Counted from the stretch's first letter, positions 13,332-26,182 are shown. The stretch is 64,000 bases of DNA from Octopus sinensis (GCF_006345805.1 NW_021833224.1:1-64000), one strand, 5' to 3'. Notes: a model not told the origin generated them from the letters alone. Program-made: numbers and translations.

Positions 13332-13389
13332 AATTTGTATCATAAACCGTGAATCCTCGAAATTTTTCTGAATATATCGCTTTTCCATT

Positions 13390-14230
13390 TGTAAATTATT
13401 TTCAAACTTTAATAAAGAACGTATGTATCATACTGTCCTGTTTTAAACATTGAAACGAAAATATATAAAAGGAATTTCGAAAAAACTTCAAAAGTAAAGA
13501 CATTGTTGGGGTTGGGTTAGCAAATAAATAAAACTATTTTTCCGTGGTTTCTTAATCAGTCTCTTTGCAATTAATATCGGAATAGACTATCCAAAACTAC
13601 CCAGAAAAACAATTAGTTATAGATTTTTAAATGGAATTCTTTGATTAAAACACCAGCAAGTAGGAGTTACTTTATTTCTGCAAAAATATGGGGAATGATT
13701 ACGGAGATGTACTTGCATAGCGAGTGACTTGATCTGAGATCGTGTGCTGGAACGAAAACAATTGCAGCGTGGAAGTTGTTTATAAGCCATTTAAGAAACA
13801 CACAAAACCGTTAGATTCACTTCAACATTTAAATTTAATTTGTCAAAATATTTTCATCGCTTTGAGACCGCGACCTGTTCCCTAACGAAGCTTCGTTGCT
13901 AAAGCGACGAAAACATTTTGACAAATTAAATATAAATGTTGAAGTGAATCTAACGGTTTTGTGTGTTTCTTAAATGGGGAATGATCACGATTTTAAAAAC
14001 CTTTGATAAGGGATCAGAGCGATCAGTTACAGCTTGACGATAAACAACAAAGTCATTAAATATGATAAAACAGATTCCACTGCCAACATTTGAAGCAGTC
14101 ATTCTAGATTACATGTGAGAGACGCAACACATTCTCACATTTATAAAGTCAAACAGAATATCTTCTCAATAACAATCAGTCAACATAATATTGCAACATA
14201 AATCCGACAAATAAAGTACACGAAACGTAT
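13390..14230 (+). repeat. Diverged non-coding duplication, copy 2, interrupted by insertion 13700-13973
   Basis: Colinear with 7932-8400. Confidence 0.8.
13700..13973 (-). mobile_element. Short insertion with a 77-bp inverted duplication and 12-bp TSD
   Basis: atggggaatgat at 13688-13699 and 13974-13985; inverted arms 13787-13863 and 13901-13977. Confidence 0.85.
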
Positions 14231-14299
14231 TGAACGGTGACGTAGACCATACTAAATTAACAAATTCGGTAAAATGGGCTTTTGTATACATATATGCAC

Positions 14300-14302
<3 letters not shown>

Positions 14303-14347
<45 letters not shown>

Positions 14348-14414
14348 ATATATATATGTCTGTATGTATGTATGTATGTATGTATGTATGTATGTATGTA
14401 TGTATGTATGTATG

Positions 14415-14448
<34 letters not shown>

Positions 14449-14470
14449 TAGACAGATAGATAGATAGATG
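14303..14470. repeat. Compound (TA)n/(TATG)n/(GATA)n microsatellite
   Basis: Direct sequence. Confidence 0.95.
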
Positions 14471-14539
14471 GATAGATATGAAAACATACACATACGTGCA
14501 CAAATGTACATACAAATATATTTGTTTATAGCTATCCGT

Positions 14540-17500
14540 CAATGTTAACGACGACATTGTCCTCTAGGAGTCTTATCCTACATTTTGTGAGTTGACCGAT
14601 GTGAAAACAATTTGATCCTGGAATGGCATGTCCTTGAACGCAGATGACAAGGGAAGCTGCTCATTATGTTGATGGGGAGTCTGAAATGACGTTGAAGTCT
14701 CTTTTCCTCAAGCCTCTCACGTCGGATTAGTTCAAAGTGTGAAGCTCCTTCGTCGCCGAGGGAACGCCAGATTTGCCGGTTGTGAGCAAAGTATTCAAGT
14801 TGTGCCGGTTGAATATTGCGGGAGTTAAGGACAAGCTAAAGATGATCCCGGAATCTCATTTTCGGAGGCGTCCAAAGGAGGAGGAGGTGATCCGTCGTAG
14901 AACGTCATCGACGATATGTCCATTTTGTGATATGTCCATTTTACCTAGGTTAAAAAAGTCAACGTTTGACAGAAGTGTGTCGTTTATATATAGTTATGTT
15001 GCATAGTTATGTTTTTTTTTATTAAATACGTTTGCATGATCTCGTTGTGTTTTTTATGTTGATGTTAAAACCCAGACGAATATAGGTTTCATCCATGGCA
15101 CTTAAGAATCGCTGGAGTGAGGCTGTTTTCTGAGCAGTGGCAGCGGTAACATTTGCATACCGGAGCTCAAATATCTGTTGATGCTAGAGTTTTCGCTTTG
15201 AGCCGGTGGGTCTTGAAATTACTGCCATCATAGCGATAACGGGTTCTTATGCTATCGTCGGTACTCTGTTGGACCTAGGAGAGGAGAGTTACAGCTATGT
15301 AGATGCTGAACAAAACAGGAGTGAGAACGCAACCCTGTTTGACTCCCGGTTTAACTCTGAATTGTTCTGAAGACGCTCCACCAAGACAGACTCTGGTTAG
15401 CATTCCGTTGTGGAATTTGCGGATAAAAGTTAAAGCAGTTGGAGGATAGCCAAAGTTTTCATAAAATGTCACAATCAACGGTGTCAAAAGCATTCGTCAT
15501 ATCGAAGAAACCAAAATTCATTTTTGTTGTTCTCTGCATTTTTCGAGAAGTAAACGTGCACCAAATATCAAATCAATTGTGCTCATGTAAACCACATTGA
15601 GATTCAGAGATGGTGCGGTCCGACACGAAGATAAGAAGATGGCGGGGAATAATGCGTGCAAGAATGTTGCAAGACACATCCAGAGGCTTCTGCTGTTACT
15701 GCAGTCGGATCGATTGCCTTTTCTTTTGTAAATGCAAATAATGTTGGTATTTATTTTTGTTTGTTTGTTTTTCCAACAGAGAACTAGGAAAGAGTGAAGA
15801 TATGATGCAAGTTGCGGTCCGCCGTATTTCCAAACCTCTCCAGGGATACCGTCTTCGTCAGGAGACTTCTTATTCTTTTGGGAGTGCAGTACCTTCTAGA
15901 CTTCGTCTTGACTGAGTTCAGCTGCTATTTCTTCGATGATTTGACGTTTTGGAAGCTCATCTAAAATCGATGTATCTGTCCATCGTTAAGGTTCTTATTG
16001 TTTTCTTTAATTAGAGTAGAGCCGTCAGCGATACAGATAGGTGCAATCAGGCAATGCGAAGGACCGAAGTTGTCTTTGAACGAGTCGTAGAGTTCATAAG
16101 TTTTCTTTTCTTCAGTGAATTGTTGGATCTTTTCGGAGTTGCAGAGCCACCAACCATTCTGTGGGGCCTCAGCCCTAAGGTTATGCTAGTTTGGGACTAA
16201 GAAACGAAGATTTGAGAGGTGGGCGCTATGAGCACGGTTTTTCGCCTGCAAAAGGGGTTGGATAATGTCTGCATTATCCACATGCATTCATGTGGGATTT
16301 TCCAATAGTGGGTTCAGAATGGATGTGTCGAATGATGGAGAGCGCAGAGTTCCAGAGTAAGTTGAGTTCATTCTGATACTGTTCGACCTCGATTACTTCC
16401 CTATGTTATTTTCCATATTGCGAGGGAGTTCTTGTAGAACTGGTAGAACTAGAACAACTGGGCAGACAGTAGCGACGTTTTTTGTTTTTGGAGCTTAGCT
16501 TGTTTTGTTGTGCTGGAAAGACGGGCCACATTGAGTTTTGGAAACACTTTAGCTTTTTCTGGCCGGAGGGCAGATTTGAAGACATAGGTGCGCGCATCAT
16601 ATGGGGATCGGCCTAACATTCTGCACCGCGCTTGTATTTGATGTAGAAGGTATCGTTCTGATCATTTTAACGAACACTCACGTAATTGAGGAGATGCCAT
16701 ATCATGGAGCGAAGGTGTATCCTTCTCCAAGCTGAGTGTAGAGACTGGTAGGAGGCGTCTTTAGTTTCTTCATTAATACCTAACGTCGGGGCATATACAC
16801 TGAAGATAGTGGCATGTACTTTGTTACTGAGGAGAATTCGAAAGGTCATCTGCCGTTCAATTATATCGGTTGAAATCGAAGAGATGTTCTCCAGTAATGA
16901 CCAACGGATAGCAAATCCTACACTATGAATTCTATTTTTGATTTGAAAAAGTCCTTTCCAGAAGTATGTGTATCTTTCATCAACTTCAGTGAGAGATCCG
17001 TCATCAGAGAATTTTGTTATGCTGAGTGCATATCCACATTGCACCCTTTCAGTTAAAAGGCGATGAGCGCGGTCCTAAGGTTGGGTCGATCGTGGTCATC
17101 ACGGTCAATCAAAGTTCGTATGTTCCATGTAACGAAAAATGAGAGATTGTGATGGTTTTCTTATTAATCTTCGACCGCAGTATGGAGATGGCTTGCCAGG
17201 TGTGGTATTCTAGCTAGGTAAAAAGGACTGACATCTTTTAGACTACATTTCCTAAGCCTCTCCTCAACTGAGGCACTGAGAGTCTTCAAAAGATCCTCCT
17301 GGTCACACAGATAGGACACAAATCGGTGTGCAGTCCCAGAGTCACATCGAGACCACCGTCTTGCCTGAACCACCAAGAAGGTGGGATAAGAGGTGTATAG
17401 GGTGATGGGACGGGCAGTTAGTCCCATTCGCACGCACCTGACTCTTGTCCAGCAGTACTTCGGTGACAAGAGAAATGTCCAAGACGACCAAAAGCTGTCA

Positions 17501-17810
17501 AGAAATTGCAGCTAGTTGCCGGAATCCAGGTTGCTACTCACTTGGGCAAGGTTTTAGGTTGGAGTTTCCATCTCGTAGAAAGATTGCCCCTCAAGGCTAA
17601 TGAGCTCCATCTGCTCGCGAACAGAGCTATTTCTGAATGCTCTTTCACCATCTCACAGAAAGGATATCTACGCCCACATCCACCGAGAACACAGTTGACC
17701 TTCAGTCGTAACCCTTACCATGAAGAAGCGTTATACCCCGTAATACAGGGCCCTTGCCTGAACTTGGCTGCTACTTTTACAGTACCTGCACCGTGACATG
17801 GAAGCGCTAG
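14540..17810 (-). mobile_element. Degraded RTE LINE with internal deletions (5' UTR, APE, RT, C2H2 end)
   Basis: APE: YTYFWKG..GFAI..SVYAPTL (16667-17044). RT: GVKQGCVLTPVLFSIY (15275-15493). End: FPCHL.SRTCHSRI.LFSH (~14600-14700). Confidence 0.88.
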
Positions 17811-17988
17811 GTAAGAATTACCGCCGTATAAATTAGGGAAGATGACCCGAACTACCATCAACAAGGACCTTAGCTATCAGTAGCCAGGTCTCTATCAGAA
17901 GCCGGGAATCATAAATATGTACAAATATAAAACATAAAATATGCTTTATATATGTATAAAGATAAAAATAGAATGAAAAAAATACACA

Positions 17989-18192
17989 TTCTTTTATTCT
18001 TTTACTTGTTTCAGTCATTTAACTGCGGCCATACTGGTGCACCGCCTTTAGTCGAACAAATCGACCCCAGGAATTATTCTTTGTAAGCCTGGTGCTTATT
18101 CTATCAGTCTTTTTTGCCAAACCGGTAGATTACGGGGAAGTAAACGTACCAACATCGGTTGTCAAGCAATGGTGTGGGACAAACACACAAAT
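17989..18192 (-). mobile_element. SINE family A, 3' half
   Basis: Reverse-complement match to the tail of 8619-8992. Confidence 0.88.
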
Positions 18193-18869
18193 AAAATAAG
18201 TACGTGTAGATATATATATATGTAAGTTCGTAGTCCACCTCAACACGTGGGTATGTGGGTATTTGGTTAGAGCAGTATGGAAGTTACAAAACTGTCCCGA
18301 AGTGGATGGAATATATTCAAATATATAAAGGATAAAATCGTTAAAACCTTTCAGTGGCCAGCATATAAAATAGAAATTTTAGATAAATTCTTATATATTT
18401 GATGCGAATATATTTGTGGTATTTGCATGTAATCGCAACTTTGCCTTTGCTTCTCTGTGAGTATGCATAAATGTCTCACTTATTTCGCTCAGTATGCTTT
18501 TCTAATAGAGGAAGCCTTATCAAACTAATCCAGAAAACGCAGTTTTGCAAAAGTTGTTTCATTTCGATTTCAAAATTTTTATTGAAATTCTCATAAATAT
18601 TCGCCGATTCATACCCTGCCCTATTTTAAACATACCTCGATATTGCTGAGTACAAACGACTTGTATGAACGAAAAATGCAGCAACAATACCACTAACAAT
18701 AAAGTTTAGGTTGAATCTATCTTCCTAGGTATACATATATACTTGCCGTGCTCCCTATCTACCTATATACATACACACATGCATGTGCATATATACACAC
18801 ACACATGCATACATGCATACATACATATTACATGCATTCATACATACATAAATACACACCTACATACAT

Positions 18870-18989
18870 ATTCTATCGGGGTCTTTTGCCGAACCGCTAA
18901 GTTACGGGGACGTAAACACACCAGCATCGGTTGTCAAGCGATGTTGGGGGGACAAACACAGACACGCAAACATATACACAAACACATAC

Positions 18990-19028
<39 letters not shown>

Positions 19029-19188
19029 CGTCAGGCTTCTTTCAGTTTCCGTCTACCAAATCTACTCACAAGGCATTGGTCGGCCCGAGGCTATGGAAGA
19101 CACTTGCCCAAGGCGCCACACAATGGGACTGAACCCGGAACCATGTGGTTCGTAAGAAAGCTACTTACCACACAGCCACTCCTACGCC
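18870..19188 (-). mobile_element. SINE family A
   Basis: Reverse-complement match, 3'-truncated. Confidence 0.92.
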
Positions 19189-20548
19189 TATTTTGTTTAA
19201 TTTTTATTCAGTTTTCCAGTTCAGTCTTTCTCATCTTTCATTCTTTCTTTTTATAATTACAATATTGTCGTTTTCTCTCTTACATTTTTCTTTCTTTCTT
19301 CGTCTCCTTTATCTTTCTCTGATCATATCTTTTTCATCCTTCCCTCTCAAAATTCTTATAAAATCTCGCGCCATCTGCCCAACTCAACATATTAGGCGTA
19401 TATAACGTAATGCAGTAAGATGTTCCCTGATGATCCGTTGTTGTTAAGAATCCATTCCACTTGAAACATCCAATGCAGTGTCGCAAAGAACTAGAATAGT
19501 GAAACGTAGTTGGAACGAATAATCTAACCGTGTGTTTATCGGAATTTGCCATGCATATATATGCGTGTGTGTGTGTTCGTGCAGGCGTAAATGTATTCGT
19601 AAATATAGACATACAGACTTAACATCGATAATTATTATTGATATTGCTCAAAAATACATTTTATCGCTGTCGAGCCTGTTGAAGGTGAGAGATGAGTAAC
19701 AAGAAAAGATAATTAACAGAATTATAATTGTTGGAAGCTGTAATGACAGGGTATACAATGTTTTGATTAGCAGATATTTCTAATTAAATGACAGTCTCCG
19801 CCACATCATAATTCGAAGGCAAAGCATTTGAAATCCCAAAACGAGAGATTGATAGGAAATAATTAATAAGCGAAAGATACAGTGAAGCCCTAGCAGTCTG
19901 AAAACATTTTAGGTGTTACTGATTGCATGGGACATATTTTCAGTTAAATTTAGAAACTTTTCTTTACAACCTTGATAATATGTAGCTGCCCGGTCAATAT
20001 TGAAAAGAGAAAGCAAACCACATACATACACACATGTGCATACATAGTTACATAGATATATACATACAAACATACACACATAAATACCTACGTACATATA
20101 CATACATACGTACATATACATACATACATACATACATACATACATACATGTATGCATGCATGCATATATAATTAAACTGCCATGGTTGCTAGCTGTAAAG
20201 TGAAACAACGAAGGAATGTATCATAAAAGGTTTTGAGAGGTAAATATATGAATCAGACACACAAACACTCACATACACGCGCACACAAACACACAAACAC
20301 TCACATACACAAACACACACACACACAAACACACACACACGCACACACACTGACGCTCATACACAGAAGTATACAACGACATTCAATGTCCTTAATGTCA
20401 CTCGTAAGTCATGTACCATGCAGTTTTGATATAGATCTTTGTATTCCATTTGAAATTCGTGTTCATATTCTCATAAATAATCGATGAATCATGCTCTGCT
20501 CTATTTTAAACAAACCTACACGTTGTATTATTATTTTTTCTTCCTTAT

Positions 20549-20720
20549 TCAATGAATAATCACAAACATCTTTATATAGAAATCAACTTCTGCCTGGGCA
20601 AATGATATTACAACAAAGAAACAGGATAAAACAATGATAATCTTGGCAGCGTTTTCTGGAAGTTGAATGTAGTCTTCGAAGAAGGCACGAAAGTACTCCT
20701 TAATTTTGGTGAAGCATGAC
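20549..20720 (-). other. Candidate (pseudo)exon encoding SCFTKIKEYFRAFFEDYIQLPENAAKIIIVLSCFFVVISFAQAEVDFYIKMFVIIH*
   Basis: Acceptor-like ctcctacag| ending at 20721, non-repetitive open frame, one strongly hydrophobic segment. Product unknown. Confidence 0.3.
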
Positions 20721-22059
20721 CTGTAGGAGCGCAGACATTTACATTTTGGTATTGGGTATGTAAGGGAATATTAGGGTGTGGATTTAGCTATAAGCATTTA
20801 AAATCCTTTTCAATTTAATACTATGATACATTGGTTGTTAGCTGCAAAGTGAAACAAGGATGACAAATATCATAATAGGTTTTGACATGTAAATATATAA
20901 ATAAAACACACACACACATACACATACAGGCACGCCCTCAAACATGTGCACATTTTCTCACGCATAAAACCACGTTCAATCTCCTTTATCTTTCTCGGAA
21001 TTCATGTACCAGGCAGATTTATTTAACTTGTTTGTATTCGATTTGAAATGTTTGTTGAAATTCTCATAAATATTCGCTGATTCATACCCTGCCCTATTTT
21101 CAACATACCCAGGCGTTGCCATGTAACATCAACCCGTATGAACGAGAAATGCAGCAACAAAATCATTAGCAATAAAGTTTAGGTTTATTCTAGGTATACA
21201 CGTACTTGCCGTGCTCCCTATCTACCTGCCTATATACATACACACACGCATATGCATACATACACACATACATGCATACATGCATACATAGATACATACG
21301 TATTACATGCATTCATACATACATAACTACCTACCTACATGCATACATGCATGCATACATACATGTATAGATATATATACATGCATATATATATATATAC
21401 ACTCTATTTTGTGTGTGTTCGTCTTTGTGTGTCTAAGCGACCCTCGATGTGGATGTATGTGTATATTTGTATAGATCTATCTTTTTCTCCCTCAAACAAT
21501 ATATATATATATGTGTTACGATTTAGTCCTTTTGCAATATTGAAATAGACTTTTCGGTACCTATGCCCTGTATGATCATACCCTACTAATTTTCATATAT
21601 TCAGGTATATTTCTTTTTATATTTATTTTCCAACTGTTAATGCTTTCTGTCAATCAATTCACAGACAGGCCATTTCCAAAGACACCCATCTTCATATTTG
21701 TCTTACATCCCCCATCCCTCTCTTCCGTACTTCCTTTCTCACCATGTTTGTTTCCTTTCTCTCCTCTATTGTTTTGAGGAGTATTTATTCTCTCTTAATC
21801 ATTTCTCTTAAATATAATATAATTTCAAACTATTTTCTTTACTTTTCACAGACTGATATTTCCTAAGATACCCTTTTTTTCTATTTCTCCTACATCCCCC
21901 TCCCTCTCGCATGTGCTCCCTCTTTCTCTCCATGCTTCCTTTCTGTCTGTCATTGAGTCCACGATGTCATATCTAATCAAACATAACAGCCATAATAGCC
22001 TTAACAGCCATCAAACATAACAGCCATAGGAATGGTTTCAATAACATCTCTTATCTTTT

Positions 22060-22490
22060 CTTTGTTAATGATCTGAAGCAGTATGAGCCAAATATTAATC
22101 ACGATAAAGAGCAACTGAATCTCACAATCCGTTTGTCAAAAGATATCGGAATGGAATTTGTTGTGTCCAAATGTAAACTTTGAGAGACAAAATTTGGTAA
22201 CCTTTTTCCCCCTCTCCAACACATTAAACATTAACCACCTAGAAATACAGCCTCAGCTCTCTGGGAAAAGTTACAAATGTCTTGAACAGGATGAGAATGT
22301 CGGATCCATCAATAAGGAGAGGACAAAATATAAATACTTGAAGAGGGTAAAAAACTATGGTCATCTGAACTCTCAGCTTACAACACGTGTACTGCTCCTT
22401 TACAGTGCTTTTCCTCACACCTACACTATACGTTCTGAACTGGTCACTATCAGAACTCAGTGAGATAGATATAGATCCCATGAGCTGCTA
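22060..22490 (+). mobile_element. R4/Dong-type RT fragment
   Basis: DLKQY, SKDIGMEF..SKC, SYKCLEQDEN, YLKRVK. Confidence 0.7.
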
Positions 22491-23559
22491 GGTGGTACAG
22501 AAACTTCAAATTCATTGGAGATTTTGATAGGCTATACTTCTCAAGCATGTATTGTGGCCGTGGTCTCAAAGACCAGCTTCTTTAATGGCTGAGTCAATAA
22601 AAAAGGAATCTACAATAATGCGGAAAGTACAAAAGATAAATTGATCATCCCCAAATAGAGAAACGAGCTAGGATAATGTTTAGATTTGAGCTTTCAGCAT
22701 TTAACACGATTATTTCCTTCGGTAGTTAAGGTAGTATCTTAATAAATAAGACACTTATCATTAGTTGCAACACTTCGAAGAGTGTCAACAATTAATCGTA
22801 AAATGCGAGTGACTGATTTTCATTTATTCTTTCATTCATGGAGAATATGAAACAGAAACATTTATGCAGGTTCTTACATATATATGTAATGGTAATCCAC
22901 GAGCAACTAACAATGACCAGTGTCCGGGCAAAATGCCGGCATTGTCCGTGCATGTGGTCCTTGCACCCACTGTTGGCTTCACAAAAGTTCACGCCCGCTG
23001 CGCCTCTCTACTGGACTGGGTATCAGAGAGTCACCTCGTTGGCAATTGTACAACCTACACTCTTAGGTCCAATAAGGCTTCACAACACCTCACAGGCCCG
23101 CTTCACCACTCATCTTTGATGATCCAGAGAAAAACCAACGCAAGATATCCAGTGCAACAACGGGTCGCAGGCCCGTTGTTGCACTGGATATGGAGGACCA
23201 TACTCACAAGTGCAAACAAAAGATCTTCAAAATGTTCAATGCCGTTCCCTATATATTTTTAATTCAGAGTGACTTTCTCCCAGTGGTCTTCCAATTCACC
23301 GGACACCAACGCGGGATTTCTGAGTTCTGCTGGGTTTCTAGTATCCCTCCTGATCAGGCAAGCCTAGTTGTGAAGCCGGTTGAGTCGTCCATTACTCGAC
23401 CATGTAACAACTCCACTGGATTCCATGTTACTGGTAGCACTCATGAGAAACCTCACATGACACACACACAAACCCACGCACACACACACAGAGTAAGAAA
23501 TTTCTATGAAGAGATTTTCACCGAGTAATAAGTTGAAGGGGTGGGAATATCAAACATAT

Positions 23560-24240
23560 AATAAAAGAAGGAAAATGCACACAATCTATATACTTTTAAT
23601 ATATTTTATAATAGAGTATTATCATAGTCTACCGGTTTCGCGTTTTGCTAATCATGGCTGGGAAATCGGTGGAAATAATGCAATTTCATAGCATTTTAAG
23701 GAGTCTTTAGTCCATTTTGTTTACATCAGAGATTGCTTGAAAATGAACCAGCATGTCAAAAAATCTAAGAAGAGGTAATTGGTGATTGTTATTTCTCGCG
23801 GAACACTTTTTGTGGGTTACACTTTTTGGGGAGGGTAAATTTACAGTATTTATACTACGAAGTTGGTTATGCGTTCATGAATTAAAATATTTAGAAATCC
23901 AAAATTGGTTATGCGTTCATATCCAGATACGGTTTGTATTTTTCATTTTATTTAATCATTCTTATATAGAGATTCTTTCCTTGCACTTGTAGAAGGGGAA
24001 ATTCCCTGCGCATCTCTATTTGTTCGCTGAATGGTATGTATTTACATCTTGGGAAATGAATCTTTTCTTTAGGAAGTATAGTTCTCCGTCTAAGTGGCAT
24101 CTTTGTTTGGCCAATATAGTTGTGTCCGCATCTTGAACAAGTTAATACATAAATTAAAAAAAAACTTGGCAAGCACAAATGAAATTAATCCTAATTGTAA
24201 ATCTCTGTCGTTTTTTGAAGTGAATTCCGAACCAAATAGG
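23560..24240 (-). mobile_element. Penelope-like element 3' fragment (GIY-YIG endonuclease + terminal region)
   Basis: LIYVLTCSRCGHNYIGQTKMPLRRR in ORF 23948-24178; hammerhead-like remnant at 23626-23660. Confidence 0.82.
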
Positions 24241-24246
24241 TTGAAG

Positions 24247-24366
24247 CATGTATGTAAGTATGTATGTATGTATGTATGTATGTATGTATGTATGTATGTA
24301 TGTATGTATGCATGCATGCATGCATGCATGTATGTATGTATGTATGTATGTATGTATGTATGTATG

Positions 24367-24397
<31 letters not shown>

Positions 24398-24420
24398 GTA
24401 TGTATGTATGTAAGTATGTG
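24247..24420. repeat. (TATG)n microsatellite
   Basis: Direct sequence. Confidence 0.97.
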
Positions 24421-24635
24421 TGTAGAGCTGAAAAAGAGGTAATTTCTACTCTTCTCCTCTGGAAGCCATCTACTCGCAATACCAGAGGGCGCACACTCTC
24501 CTACCCTGATGTAATCTCCAGGGATACAGGCATCCAGCAACAGGACCTCCGTAATGCCATGATAGACCGTGAAGTCTGGCGTAGCATGGTAAATTCCATT
24601 GTCTCGACCACGGTCGAACAATGATGATGATGATG
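24420..24635 (+). mobile_element. RTE-clade LINE extreme 3' end with (ATG)n tail
   Basis: LLLWKP..RGR..Y.DVISRDTG....L.NAM.DREVWR, then stop and atgatgatg. Confidence 0.8.
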
Positions 24636-24649
24636 TGTGTATCTATGTA

Positions 24650-24759
<110 letters not shown>

Positions 24760-25759
24760 CACGTGGTTTGCCTCTGGGGAGGAATTCGCCATCAAAAGGC
24801 AGATAATCTCTTCTTGGTTAGACAAAGTTGAATTTATATATTTAATTTTTTAGCTTAAAAGGTTTTTAAAAGGTTTCTTACACAAAATAGAACAAAGCTC
24901 CTAGATATTTTTTGCCGTTGGTAGCCGTGTACATAATTTCTTTATCTGTGAATTAAGGCTACCATTGGTTTCATGTTAAGAAAAGTAGGAAAATATCCTA
25001 GTGTCTAGACAATTTTTCAAGTCTATCACATGAAGGTGTTCGACTCCATTTTGGAAAACAGTCTTCTACTTGTATGTTGAGGTAGTACCTCAACATACTA
25101 GTAGAAGGACACCATGCTCACAACAAAAACAAACCAATGTACAATAATTAGCCATTGATTCATTGTTTTACTGTGTATGTATATCTCTGTCTATGTCTCT
25201 ATGTATCTCTGAAGATGAGGATGAGTGTGTGTGTGTGTATATAGGTATAGCTATACTTTTGTATATGTGTGTGTGTGTGTGTGTCTATGTACATGTGCTT
25301 ATGTCTGTATAGCCATATATGTTGTTGACATACAATCTTTGCACTAGTTGAGCGTCATAAAATAAATAATATATTTCTGTTGTTTGACAAAACATGTGCA
25401 AGTTATATTGAACGTTCTTGATTGGCTGGTAAATTATGCATCAATTATTATTATATAAATGATGAGGTTAATGTTCAAATTAATATTTAAATATATTTTG
25501 TATATTCAGAATTTTCTAATTTGTATATTGGTTCTATATTTAGAAATATGCCTTTGTTCTGATCTAATTTGATATAGGCTAATGATCTGACAATGATGTA
25601 TATATAATCATATCAAAGGGAAATGGAATTTAATTAAAATTATAAACATTTAATCAAAATTTACATTTCCAGTGGTCTAACGTGTAAAAAAATTAGTCAA
25701 AAAGACTATATATTAGTCATACGATATATTGTATATTTAAACACATAAGGAATCATGAC

Positions 25760-25820
<61 letters not shown>

Positions 25821-26149
25821 GAGAGAGAAAGAGAGAGAGAGAGAAGGTCAAGTCAATCTCTGTCTCTCTTGCTTACTCTTGTGGTTTCGACGTCGAACCC
25901 ACAAGTATAAACAAGGGAGACAGAAACAGGCAGAAACAAGGAAAATGCCTCTTGTATTTGAATACTATGCAAATATTCTTTTAAAATACTTTTCATTTAA
26001 TTTTTTCCAAATTTCCATACTTGCAGCTGAAAATGTCTCAATGAACGAAACCGGTACTGAAATGTTTTTTATAAAATTATTTTAGCATTTTCTATCTTGA
26101 CTTTTTTCCATATATATGTGTGTGTGTGTGTGTGTGCGTGTGTGTGTAA

Positions 26150-26182
<33 letters not shown>

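Larger units (their letters stand above)
18560..21340. repeat. Three diverged tandem copies of a unit (18560-18860, 20170-20525, 20820-21340)
   Basis: Shared core ttctcataaata.tcg...tcat.c.ctg..ctattt..aaca.acc. Copies 1 and 3 also share gtatgaacga.aaatgcagcaacaa...aataaagtttaggtt...tacttgccgtgctccctatctacct. Confidence 0.88.

Noticed and set aside
13860-13925. Functional hammerhead in the hairpin insertion
   Set aside because: The CUGANGA core and stem I partner are absent in this copy.
19334-19612. 92-aa minus-strand ORF (CIGCFKWNGFL) as a tetraspanin exon
   Set aside because: Only a loose motif resemblance, no convincing donor site, and the start lies in a microsatellite.
25078-25087. 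TGAGGTAGTA, identical to the start of let-7, inside a hairpin
   Set aside because: The match stops at 10 nt and the hairpin has no loop; not a let-7 precursor.
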